Shown here one piece after another: positions 13,132-24,990 of a stretch of DNA of 64,000 bases. The stretch is taken from positions 1,860,001-1,924,000 of the forward strand of contig LSRY02000001.1 of the NCBI GenBank assembly GCA_001643675.2. Reading direction: 5' to 3'. The notes beneath the pieces were generated by a model. That model was given only the letters and a program-made list of their open reading frames with translations. It ran no database searches and was not told where the DNA came from. Both the position numbers and the translations under genes were made by a program. The stretch is from Monocercomonoides exilis PA203 (Eukaryota > Protista > Preaxostyla). Every line of letters begins with the position of its first letter. Position 1 is the stretch's first letter.

Positions 13132-13583
13132 CAGTCAAAACCGGATATAATCACATCGGTTTTTGTACAACTTTTTGTGACTATATCCGATTGTGATAAT
13201 ATACGATGCTGCTTAACACAGAAAAATAAAAAAAATAAATTTTTGTAATAATTAAATTTGGGTCAAATTTTTTATTTTTGAAAATTCTTCATTAAAAACG
13301 CATTTTTCAATAGAAAAAACTATTTTTTGGATTTTATTATGTTATTTAGACTTTTTTTAACATAATTTTGAAAAATCAAAAAATTGAAAATTTTGATCTA
13401 AAAATCGATTTTTCATTGAAAAAAGCACACATAAAAAAGAAAAATGTGATTATATATTTTCAGCCCTGTGATTATATGCGATGGAAAATGAATGAAAAAT
13501 AGGCCAAAAATGTCGGTGCATCGAAAAATGTGACTATAGGCGTATGTGATTATATTCGACGTGATTATATCCGGTTTAGACTG
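13132..13583. mobile_element. MITE, Tc1/mariner-pogo type (CAGT termini, TA TSD)
   Basis: TA|CAGTCAAAACCGGATATAATCACATCG ... CGACGTGATTATATCCGGTTTAGACTG|TA (25/27 match); internal repeats of GTGA(C/T)TATAT. Confidence 0.92.
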
Positions 13584-13628
13584 TATAATACCAAAAACAT
13601 TAACGAATGTCAAACATTTTATCATTTG

Positions 13629-14925
13629 ATGGAAGAAAAACAGAATTTATTGAAGATTTTTTGCGATAATGGAAAAACCATGCAATAGCTTCTCGACGAT
13701 GTGATTAACACTGAAAGAAGATGGCCTATTGCAATTTGTCGTTCATTTATTATTTAAATTGGAGGAAGTGAATGACAATGGTTCTTCAGATGCAGTAAAT
13801 GCCTAAAAAGAAGTTTCTTACAGGGCAGGAACTCCGTTTTCAAAATCGAAGCTTTCAATCTTAAATCTTATTCTGATTCTTTTCTTCTTTAACCATCATT
13901 TCAATAAAAAACCAAACTTCATCTCTCACTGGATGCGAAAGACATGGAGTTTCTTATTATTGTTGTATTTGTCGGAGAACATGTGCTCAGATGATAGGTG
14001 GAATTCAGGCTCCCATAGGATGTCCTAGCAGCATTGTGGAAATTGATGAAGCTGTTTGGAGAATGCGAAAATACAAGTGAGGTTTTTATTCTTTTTCATT
14101 GAAACTTGATTATTAATTGAACTTTTTTGTTAGACTGTGCGAAGTAGCAAATATGGATTATCGGTGCTCAGAAACGCGGAGGAAAAGCATTTGATTATTC
14201 TGTTGCCAACTCATCAGATTCAGCATTAATTCTGTTAATAGGAAAATATGTTCATACAGGAACAGAAATTTACTCTGACCAATGGAAAGCATATTCTTCT
14301 TTGAGTAAGAATAAATTCACTCACAAGACTGTTAATCATTCGGAGTATTTTGCAGGTTTTTGTTTTCTCTTTTTATTGTCTTTTTTCATGAAACATTATT
14401 TCAAACTTATTCAGATCAAATTACCTGTGCTTGCACAAACCATATGGGTGATTATTTTTGAAATCATATTTTTTTATTCATAATTTTCGGTTTATAAATC
14501 TCCCTTGAATATTTATAAATGAACACAAAAAAAGTCAAATTGTATGTTTGAGTCATCTTCATCTTTATTTCAGTATAAACAATTGTTTTTGAAACAGTTA
14601 TAATAGTTTATATATTTGAATTCAAAATCTCTTCCCAATAACAAACAATCTTTGAAAAATCAACACCCCGAAAAAAGATATGATTTCAAAAATAATCACC
14701 CATATAGAAGCATTGTTGGCTGCGCTTCGTAAGTTCATGCCTTCATATGAAGTGAGAATTAACAGAATGCAAGAATATATCTATTCATTTTTGTTTTCCA
14801 GAAATCGAAAAGTTGATTTTTCTATTTTTGTGTTGAATGTTATGAAATACACTGAAGAAGAATACAAAGCTCTAGAGGATGAAGCTTTTGGTCCAGAAGA
14901 AGAGGAAAAAGAGGGCTGGAGCTGA
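13629..14925 (+). pseudogene. Merlin/ISXO2-like DDE transposase pseudogene (2 introns, stops, MITE insertion)
   Basis: FRCSKC..EVSYRAGTPFSKSKLS (with a frameshift); IGCPSSIVEIDEAVWRMRKY; GTEIYSDQWKAYSSLSKNKFTHKTVNHSEYFA-DQITCACTNH/IEALLAALRK. These match the VEIDE, SD-W-AY and NTIE motifs of DDE_Tnp_IS1595. Introns at 14082-14133 and 14356-14414. Confidence 0.88.
14446..14701. mobile_element. MITE with GGGTG termini and 4-bp ATAT TSD, inserted in the Merlin transposase
   Basis: ATAT|GGGTGATTATTTTTGAAATCATAT ... ATATGATTTCAAAAATAATCACCC|ATAT. Removing the element plus one TSD restores AAC CAT ATA GAA (NHIE). Confidence 0.93.
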
Positions 14926-15351
14926 AATGCTCCACGAAGAAGAACCTTCAGAATCAGATTATGAACTTGAAACAGATATATCATCATCAGATGGAGCTGG
15001 AGATGGAGCTGATGCATCTGAATGTGAGGCTGATAAATAAATACAGATTTTTCCACATATCACTCATCTTTATATAAAAAAACAAAATGCTCTCGAAAAT
15101 TATTTCTTTGTTTTAAAATGTTTTGTGAGGTGGTTTATAAGTACCATTTGCCTTAAGAGTATAAAATCAATCTTTGCTTTTTTCATAATTTCAAGAATAT
15201 TGCCATACGGGACGAACTTTTTTGTTTTAAGAATTTTGTTCCATTCTTCACTTTCAAAAATTTTTATTGTTTTTTTTAATATTCTTCTTTTTTTGACATG
15301 GAGATGAAAAACTTATAATAATAAGGTTGTGGAAAAAGGATGGAACAAATC

Positions 15352-18034
15352 TAGCCCTGGGTGACGTGAAGAAAAAAATTCGTCACGTCCGTCACCAATT
15401 TTCCACTTCATAAAAAAAATAAAAAAAAAATTAATAATAATAATAATATTATTATCATTATCATTAATATTAATATTAATTTTCAACAAAAATAAATATT
15501 TTCAAAATATGAAATATATAATTGGATTTTATTTTCTTTCTTCGATAAGTTTAGGATCAAGTTTTCCCATTACAACATGATAATATAAATGAAATGAAAA
15601 TTATAAAAGAGATGACGAGTAACTGTCCCCAAATCGCAAATTTTTGGTATAGGCACTGACATATTCACATGAATTTTTATTTATGGTTAGAATTCTTTCG
15701 CCTTTTATACAAGTTTTAATTTCTATGAAAAGATCAAAGTGTTGATTTTTCGGAATGCCATATTTTTTCAGTTATCATTTCCCTACGATATTGCTTTCAA
15801 TTCGTGTGCTTTATCTTCTGAAAGCTGCATGGAACAAGGAGATAAACGAAAATGCTCAAAAAGATGTGGAAATGGCATTGTTGGCTTTGAGCAACATTCA
15901 CAAAAGATTTGTATGAGAACCGCCTTTTTATTTTTTATGATGTGATCAAATTTTCTTTTAACCTTTTTATTTCTTTTAACGTCTTTTTAAGGAAATTCCA
16001 GAAGAATTGTTCTTCGACGAGATCTAAGAAATTGTGGAATATCATCAAGGGCACCACAACCTTTTTCATCTTGCACATGTTTCAGCTTGGAAATTTGCGA
16101 TAAGTTGATTGCGTTTCAATGAAAATTTGCATGATGCTGTTGCGAATAATCCATTTAGCAAGAGAAGCAGCAAGAGAAGAAAAAGAGCTGACCAAACATG
16201 TGGAATGGAAGAGGAAAGAAAAAGAGAATGAAGCGAGAAGAAAAGAGACGAAAGAAGATGTTGTTTTTATGAGATGGCTCAATACAATTGATAATTTCTT
16301 TTTCTCATGCACATTGTGGAATGAAGACTTTGCTGACATTGTTGGCAGCATTGCTCAGTTTGTTCGTGCATCAAAGGCGAATCACAGAGGAATTCGCAAT
16401 CAATTCATATATACTTCTGCAAACGCGGCGGGTTGTGACTATGTGATTATTGGTGCTTTTTTGAAGGAAGGAGCTGCTGATCTTATTTTGGAGCAATTTC
16501 AGCAGCCAACATTTTTAGATGAAGGAATATATATTTGTTTTCTTGAGATTCTTTACGAATCTGCTTCAAGTCAATAAAAAGAAGAGCACGGCGAAGCTAA
16601 CGAAATGGAAAGAAATAACTTTATAAGTTGTTTATTTGAAAAGATAGAAGAAAAAGAATGTGATGATGTTATCACAAGCTTTCAAGAAATATTACATTTT
16701 CTTTATCAAGAATATTATTATAATTACAAATCACGTTTTATATTTTGGATTGTTTTGTAAATGTTTGATAAAATGAAATATTTTGAATTCATCACTCATT
16801 TGACATTTTTCTTGAAAATCATAACACAAAATTTATGAAAATCATCAATAAAAAATCACAAAAGTGATTTATTTTTTCATTAAACTTTGAAATGAAACAA
16901 AACAAAAATAACAGCAGTTCATTTATTATTTTTTAAGTCATCTTTTCCCATCTTTCACATCATCAATATTCAATATGCTCCAAGATTCCTTTTGAAAAAT
17001 CCAAATGCACATGCAACACTCTATTTTCATTAGATGATTTAGTGCCTATTTCAAAGAGTTATGAAAATTTCTCGTTTCAATATCTGTATCCAATATAATT
17101 TTAATTGTTTCATCGAAGATGAATAGAAATGAGATTGTGAATGTGATATGAACTTTTGTGGAGTAATCATGCAAAAAAGAAATTAAAGAGCTTATGAATC
17201 AAATTGAAAGAACAACGAAACCGTAAATGCTGAATGATTGGAACATAATTATTCCCGTTTTTGTGCAAATTTCTTTTTCCAAAATGCTGATCTGTCCAAG
17301 TGCATTTTATTAAAGCGTTATGATATTTCAGTGTTTTTTCAATTCTAACTCTTGTCCAGATCATAGAAAATTCGATGCATTGAAAATAGTGACAATTCTG
17401 AGTTCATTTTCTTCATTTTTATCGTTCTCATCCATTCTGGCAAGTACTGAAATTTTCAAGCTAAATATAAGACACAAATTCATCTTTTTCATCACAAAAA
17501 AAATGAAAAAGTTGCTAAAAAACCATTCAAATAGGTTTTTTTCGCAACTCTTTGGAACTTCTTCATTGTTTTCAAAAACTTCGAATGGAATCCTAATAAT
17601 GTGTTTATTTATTTTTCGGGGGTGTTTGATGTTTTTCACAAAGGCTTTGTTAACACATTTTGTTATAAATTGAATCACAAAAAAAAAAAAAAAAAAAAAA
17701 AAAACAGATATCACCTTTTTTCTCTTTTCGTTTATGAAACTTTATAAAAACGACAATTAATGTTTTCTTTATCCTTCAAATTGCTTTTATATGTATTTTT
17801 CATGAAAAAACGCAATCGTATCGATTGAAAAATGAAATGTTATGGTAGTCAATTTAAAAAAAAAATGATATGAAACTATTTTGAGATGAAACTTGCATAT
17901 TCCGTTCTACTGCTTCTTCTTTTGTATTTTCAGAACAATTGACTGGAAGTGACGTCAGAAGTCACTGACTTCAGTGACGTGTCAATATTCCGATAGCCGC
18001 TTTCACGTCAGTGAAAAATGAATAATGGAAAATC

Positions 18035-18075
<41 letters not shown>

Positions 18076-18171
18076 TTTTTTTTTTTTTTTTCTTTGTGAC
18101 GTGGAAAATTTTGTCACGTCCGTCAAAAATCGAAAAAGTCACGTCAGAAGTCACCACGTCACCCAGGGCTA
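15352..18171. mobile_element. Non-autonomous hAT-type transposon carrying host-gene cargo
   Basis: Perfect 8-bp TSD AACAAATC (15344-15351 and 18172-18179); perfect 17-bp TIR TAGCCCTGGGTGACGTG / CACGTCACCCAGGGCTA; subterminal GTGACGT/ACGTCAC repeats at both ends; no transposase recognised inside. Confidence 0.92.
15740..16768 (+). pseudogene. 5'-truncated, intron-containing copy of the lineage-specific helical multigene family (copy 1, inside the hAT)
   Basis: LLKAAWNKEINENAQKDVEMALLALS|intron ~15911-15991|EIPEELFFDEI*EIVEYHQGHHNL...AREAAREEKELTKHVEWKRKE...DCFVNV*; homologous to 39250-40584; contains internal stops. Confidence 0.85.
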
Positions 18172-18253
18172 AACAAATCGTTGTTTTTTTCACAAATGCA
18201 AGAATTTTTCCCCATATCTTTTGTGAAGAACCATAATAAATAAATTTACAAAA

Positions 18254-19515
18254 ATGTCTGATGGCGAAGAACAGTTGAAAGAAAGCGAAAAATGTGAAAG
18301 CCTTGGTAAAATGATTCAAAGACATAAGCGTGAAATAAAAGTTTGCAAAAACTTAAAATTAAATAGTTTATTCGAGTTGTGTCGATGAATTTGTGTATTT
18401 AATTAGGAATGCCAGAAAAAAGCCGATTCAATGCTTCATTCCGTACCAAAAGCAAATAAGGAGCTGAGAGCAAAGATTGTTCAAGAAATTGAAGAAATGA
18501 AAGAGGCACTAGAAGCAAAACATGAGAAAGAAAGACAAGATCTTCAGGCTTCAATTTCTCTTGAATCTAAAGTTTCTGCACAAACTCTTCCTGAGAAGCC
18601 TGCACACAACAAAATCAAGGTTTCACGGGCGCAGAAGAGAAAGGTTAATTGCTTTGATTATTTTCAAAAATTTTGAATTGAATACTTTCTATTTCCATTT
18701 TTAATGAGAAAGGAAAAGTTAAGAAAGAAACAAGAGGAAGAAGAAGAAGCAATTTTGCAAAGACTTTCCGAGCCTAGCGATTTTGAGAAGAAATCAGAAG
18801 CGGAGATGACAGCAATTATGGAAAATATTTCATTAGCAGGACTTACAATTTTCAGAGTTAGACCGGATGGCCATTGCCTGTTCAGATCAATTGATCATCA
18901 ATTGACAGTGTTGAGATTAAATTATAAGAGGAAATACGACAGAATAGCAAGAAATCTTCAAAAATGGAGTTCTTTGAATGTTGAAAGCCAAAAGAAAGAT
19001 AACATAAAGGAAGATGATGACAAAGGTGTATGGACGCTTAGAAGGGCAGTTTGCAATTATTTAATAGAAAACTGGATGGACTTCGTGAATTTTGTATGTC
19101 CAGTTTCTTCTAATACAACTTCATCATCTTCATCTTCAGCATCATCATCTTCTTCATCTTCATCTTCATCTTCTTCTTCATCTTCATCTTCTTCAACACC
19201 TTCCTCTTCTTGTCCTCCACATTCAGTTTCCTCTCAAAGCCTTCCATCATCTTCTTCAGCTGCAGCGCCATCAGCATTCAAGCGGTACTGTTCCACGATT
19301 GGAAACTCAGCAGAGTGGGGAAGCGAAGTTGAAGTGATGGCGCTCAGTCGTCTCCTCGGCGCAACAATCGTTGTGCACAGACAGCTTCCAACTCCGCTTG
19401 TGTATAAGTCATCTTCTGAAGAAGACGAGGCTGAATTACATATCACGTGTGTCTTTCTTGTTTTTTATTTTTTATTTTATTTTATTTTAATTTATTTATT
19501 ATTTTATTTTATTTC

Positions 19516-19547
<32 letters not shown>

Positions 19548-19704
19548 CTTTTTTTTTTTTGAATTTAATTATATTTTATGATGTTTTATTTGGATTTCTT
19601 TCTTTCTTTTTAATTTTAAACTTTGAAGTTTCCACAATTATTTGTTTGCGCTTGGAAATCATTACAATTCAACCGATCCCGTTCGAACGAAAAGCAAATC
19701 TTAA
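18254..19704 (+). CDS. OTU-domain deubiquitinase (OTUD6B/Otu2-like), 3 introns
   Basis: N-terminal coiled coil (QRHKREIK...KHEKE), catalytic VRPDGHCLFRSI, WGSEVEV, and after the intron at ~19447-19628 the His loop FHNYLFALGNHYNS, ending TAA at 19702-19704. Confidence 0.9.
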
Positions 19705-20436
19705 GTTGTTGTTGAGAGAGAGAAGGGAAAAGAAGCGAGAGGACCTTCAAATTGCAGCTTTTTGGATACAAGAAATTTTATGGAGTTGGAAGAATATTTT
19801 CATTGGAACAAACATTTGTCAGTTTAATTACAATTTATTAAAGATGAAAGAGTCAAAATTTTTGAAAGACAGATTTGCTTGATCAATTGAAAATCTTCAA
19901 AGGAAAAAATTTAGATATCTTTTGCGAAAAAAGCATTTGATAGAGGCATCAATATTTCTTCTTTCTTTTATTATAGTATTTATGAACTTTTTTCAAATAA
20001 AAAAAATTTCAAAGTTATTAGAATACAAGTTTGTGTTTATTCCATAAACTATTTGTTGATTTTTCTTTTGAAAAAGTTGAATTCTTAAGGAATTATTAAT
20101 CATAAAGTGATTGCAGAACACAAAAAATAATTCTTTGAATGAGTTTCCAATTTCATTTGAGGCAAAGTTGTTGGAGGAATTTGATAAATCTGCCTGCTGT
20201 GAAAAAACTTGGAGAATCTTCAGTTGTTCTTTCCATATTTCTGATTTAGCAATTTGAAAGCTATTGTTTTTGAAAATTTGTATTATTTTATCACGTTTAT
20301 TTGCTTTTTTTTGAACAAATTGAGCTTTTTCATATTTTTAATTTTTAAAAAGTTTGTTTTGTTTTTTTAAAATCTTTTCAAAAAAATAATTAATTGTAGA
20401 GAATATATCAAAGTTGTTAAAATTAAAAGGCAAGTT

Positions 20437-23400
20437 TTATGTTAATTCATTCTCATTGGAACGTATTGATTCTGTTACCAATGAAATTTGGTTTTGCTGA
20501 TTTTCAAATTGCTTTAATGTTTCCAACGCCATATTGGTATCATATTTAAATGCTGAAACTATATGTTCAATCTTGCTTTCTTTCGTTTTAATGTTTGCAT
20601 TGCATTCTTCATCATCTTTGTCCGCTTCAGTCTTTCCTTCAAAAACTGGCAGTTTATCCGAACTTGAATCAAACGTGCTTTCAACAATCTGAATTATTTT
20701 GTTTGTCGCTTGATTTTCTTCAATCAACTGCCCCAAGCTGGTCAAAATGCCTCGCGTTTCCTGCTGCGATTGGCAGACCTGATCGATCAGTGTTACATCA
20801 GAAGAAACTGCTTCGTTGGAAGAATCATTCACATCTGTTTTGCTATTTGACACATGATGTCTTGCATCTTCCATTATTTTTGACAATTCGCTGAAGCCTT
20901 CACTTAAAGATGTTTCTTCTTCTTCTTCTTCTTTGCTTTTGGCTTCAATCAACTCTTTCAATCTGCTCATCTGTGCATCAATAAGCGACAATTGATCTGT
21001 TATTGCTTTTGTCGCTTTCTGCTTTTTTTCTTTGATGCCTTCCATAGCATCTTGAAGTTGACGATGCTCTTTCGCCAAATGATTCATTTCTTCAGCCATT
21101 TTGTTGATATGCCCCATGATGGTATCGAACTGCTCATTGACTTTTTCAATTTTCTTTTCGAATTCTGAGCTTTTGTCTTCACAATCATTATCCTTCCTTT
21201 CATTGACTAATTTCATTAGCGGAACGAAAAACTGCGGAACCAGCGTGTTTTGAACCCACGTCAAGTACTTCACAGTCGTCTGCACTTTCTCCTGCATCTG
21301 GGCCTGCTGAGCTAGCTGTGCTGCAAAATCCTTCATTTTCAGTTCGGCACTCTCGATCCTTCTTTCTTGCTCAAATCGCTTCGCTTTCTCTTCGCTCAGC
21401 GCAAATTCGAACGTCCGCTCCAATTCTGTGCTTCTCACTCGCTCTTTTTCGAGTTCAACAGTCAGTGTTTTGACTTCTCTTCCCTTCTCCTCGTTCTCCC
21501 TTTCCAGCACTTTTAGCTTCTCCTCAACTTCTTTCTCTCTTTGCTTCATCTTCTCCCACACTTCCTGCTCCACACGCACACCTTCCTTGCTCACCATCAT
21601 CCGCACCTGCTTTTCCAGAGTTGCAATCTTCTTCTTCATCGCATCCAACTTTGTCTGCGACGACAATGCGACGTTAATTTTAGGCTTATTCTGAACGCTT
21701 TTCGTGCGTGTCGCAAAATCGAGTGTTGACTTTGTGTTTTCCCTGTTCGCCTCTGACAGGTCAATCGTTGCGATCATCGCCGTCTTCCCGTCACCTCCCA
21801 GCGAATTCTGCAGCAGCCGCGTCAGATGCGACTCGCGGTACGGAATGTGCTCGCTCTTCGTCCGCAGCGCATCAATCACTTTGCCCAGCGTCAGCAGAGA
21901 CTGGTTGATGTAGCCTGCTTCCTTCTGCTGCTGCTTCTCCGCTTTCGTCCGCCCCACACATTCAGACCCCGCAAGATCAACCAGATTCAGCTTGCCGTGG
22001 ATAATCTCCTCAACTTCACCCGCTCCGCCTTCTTCTTCGCCACCTGCAAATTCGTCCGCTGCAAACAACTCGTCTTCTCCCGCGGCCTCGCTTCGCGTCG
22101 GAGTGCTGATTCCTCCGCCAGCCCCGTGTTTCCTTCCTCTGCGCCTTTTCTTTATTGCTATGGACACGATGAATATCGAATGAGAGCGCGACGATCTCTG
22201 GTTTAGTGCTGTTTCTGCGCTTATCCTCCGCTTTTCGCCTTCTTTCATCCAGAAAATTGCCTCAGCAGGAGAACAAACAACCTCCTCTTTGACACCCTGG
22301 ATAAATACAGAGTTGTCGCGGCCCTGAACGATCGAGAGTTTCTTCGAATGAGGAAAACGTGCTGATGAAGAAGAAGGTGAAGAAGAAGAAGAATTTGAAC
22401 TTGATGCTTGAAAAGGAGCTGATGAATGACCCGATGAAGATGTAGATGGCGAAGTTGGGCGAGAAGAAGAAGCAGATGATGTTGCTGATGTCGAATTTGT
22501 TGCTGTATTTTGCCAGCCTGTTCGCTTGTCTCCGTCTTTCTCCTTCTTCTTCTCTTCCTCTTTGTCCACATCCCCTCCACTTAGCAGATCTCTCAGATTC
22601 TCGTTGTATATCTCCACATTGGAAACACTCACTTTCCAGCACAACACTTGGTCAGATCCAAACACTGCTTTCACTTCAGACGGCGAAGGCTGAGGCAGCG
22701 AGAAAAATGCCGAATCAAACGGGTCAAGCCCAGATGACGATGGAGAAATTGGAAACGGAGAAATTGGAGCACTTCCTGGGAAACCTGAAGATGGCGAAAG
22801 TGGGAGAGGAGGAGACAATGGAGGCAGAGGATTAGGGGACAAAGAACGTGAAGATCCAAAAGATGACGACGCAGCTGATGCTGATGCTGATGATGAAGAT
22901 GGAAGAGAATTCGCATTTGTGGTTGTTGCATTGAAAAGAGAAGGAGAGGATGGACGGGAAGATGGAGAGAGAACAGGTGATGTTGGTACAGGAGAACATA
23001 GTCTTGAAGATGCGCGAGATTGTGGGCGACTAATTTGGTGGGTCGAATCCAGCTCTGTGCATCCATCAATATCCGATCCAGAAATTACTCCATCAGGGCA
23101 TGCCTGATCCAACAACGAGAATATTCTATGCATTGATCTTGGAATAATTCCGATTTCCTCTCCACTGAGCTCTCCCGTTTCTGTGTGCTTTCCTTCCATT
23201 GTATATGTTTTCCCACTCCCCGTTTGGCCATATGCAAAAACAGTGCAATTAAATCCTTGAAGAGATTCATCAATAATGTGCTTAATCTGTTTCAATGAAT
23301 TAAAAAATGCATATTTAAGAATTTTTCCAATTTCAAAAAATTAAATAAAACCAAACAATTTCATCAAAGACTTGTTCTTGCTTTGTTTCAGGTGGGTAAA

Positions 23401-23690
23401 CGCGATCAAAAGAATATTTCATCAAGTTTTGGCTATTTTGGTGTTGCCCCATGCGAGGGATTAAAATGGTCTGTTTGCAATTCTCTTTTTCATCGAAATA
23501 AACGGATTGTTCTTCGTCTTCTTTCAGTGGCCTCAAAATTACATTTTTAACAAAGACAATAACAATAAAAAGATGATACAAAAAATATATACCTTGAACG
23601 AACAATTACACGCACTGAATTACTTTGGGTATTCGTTTCCAAAGGTTGAGGAATTATTATCCTCACTTGACGAGGGTTGGTTGCCGTTTT
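20437..23690 (-). CDS. Kinesin-5 (BimC/Eg5-like) motor protein; start and 3' end uncertain
   Basis: GFNCTVFAYGQTGSGKTYTMEG, SSRSH, KLNLVDLAGSE, INQSLLTLG, HIPYRES, NKPKIN. Upstream exons supply NSVRVIVRS|RPL...YSFDRVY (~23357-23532 and ~23593-23690). C-terminal coiled coil. Confidence 0.88.
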
Positions 23691-24169
23691 GTTTAAATGA
23701 ATAAAATATAAATAAGGGTGTTTTTCATATTATTAAACAAATTCAAAACATCTATTCTTTCTGATATGAAGAATACAATATATAAATATTTATGAAAATA
23801 GAAACAAAAAAGATGCCCATATAAAAAAAAATCCACACTGATTATTTTATTTGTTTGTAATTTCTAATTAAAAATGAATATGCATTCATCAGATGAGGAT
23901 GTGTGTAATAACAATGTTCGTGTAATGTGTGTGCAATTAAGCATAATTAAACTTTGTTTCATTGCAACTTTATCAGTATTTCACAAATTTCGAAATTAAC
24001 AAAATATTTGAATAAATAAATTAATAATGTTGAAAACATAGATATCAAAAAAGTTTTTCAGTTCGTTTATTTCATTGCTTTGTGATTTCTTGCAAATTCT
24101 TGCTTTTATTGAAATGACATTTATAAGATTTATTTTTAATTGTTGAACATAATAGTTGTTCTGAATATA

Positions 24170-24990
24170 TCCAGAAAATTGGAGAAATAAACAAATTGAT
24201 GGGAAAAATTGACAAAATGATTGAACAAAAGAAACTATAGCTTGAATGTGCAATTTAGCTGTTGCAGTACATTGGATTTTGCAAATTATTGAGAAATTTT
24301 TGGACGCATGAATTTTATGGTCTTCGTTGAGTGCAAGTTTTGAGAAAATTACTGAAAAAGGGAGAAGGAAAAAAAGGAACGAATGGAAGGATTTTTGTTG
24401 ATATCAACGAATGCTATATTTCATTAAGCTTTTATCCTCCTTTGTCATTAATTTCGAAGGAAGTGCCTTTATTTCTGAATACTGCGTTGAACCAAAGAGG
24501 AAAATGAGGAAGCTAAAAAAGAAGTTGAAATAGATTTGCTGGTTTTAGAAATATTTGATTTTGTGCATGCTTTGTTCCGCAAACTTTTTCATGCTTTTGC
24601 ATTTTTTCCTATTGTTTTGATTAGAAAGTGAAAAAAGAACTTTTCATCAGTGAAATCAAGGAGATAATCGTGAATCGTTAGTAACGTCACAACCTCACTG
24701 AACTTGTCTATCAATCGGCACGGCAGTTTTTGGATCACTGAATATTCACAGACAAAAGTTTGGAAGATGTAATTGTGAATTAATTGCACTTTGAAAGAGA
24801 GGCTTCGAGAGAATCGAGAGAGCTCAGGAAATGTGTATGTTGGATGGAAATGAATTGGAATTTGAAGAAAAGAAACAAGAGTACTTGATATTTAAAGGGC
24901 AATGCTCACTCTGAAATTTCTTTCACAAATGCGAAATGAAAAATGATAATGAAGAAGAAACCATGAATTGTTTTTCTCTGAACAAGGCTA
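24170..24990 (+). pseudogene. Highly decayed copy of the same multigene family (copy 2)
   Basis: KIDKMIEQKKL*LECAI*LLQYIGFCK; EEAKKEVEIDLLVL; ISEIKEI...RNVTTSL; LHFEREASRE; many stops and frameshifts. Confidence 0.7.

Larger units (their letters stand above)
12934..15152 (+). mobile_element. Merlin (IS1016/IS1595-ISXO2-like) DNA transposon, decayed, with two nested MITEs
   Basis: Imperfect TIRs GGCATGTGGCACTTATACGTCACCT versus reverse-complemented GGCAAATGGTACTTATAAACCACCT. Flanks TAAAAAGT/TTAAGAGT match at 6/8 (degraded 8-bp TSD). Contains an ISXO2-type transposase remnant. Confidence 0.75.

Noticed and set aside
17679-18090. Poly-A and poly-T tracts as retroposon tails or an internal inverted repeat
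   Set aside because: No TSD or retroelement body was found, and the symmetry beyond the homopolymers is only a few bases.
19447-19882. Hydrophobic 'TM' C-terminus of the 392-aa OTU ORF
   Set aside because: Read-through of a T-rich intron; splicing gives the conserved His loop instead.
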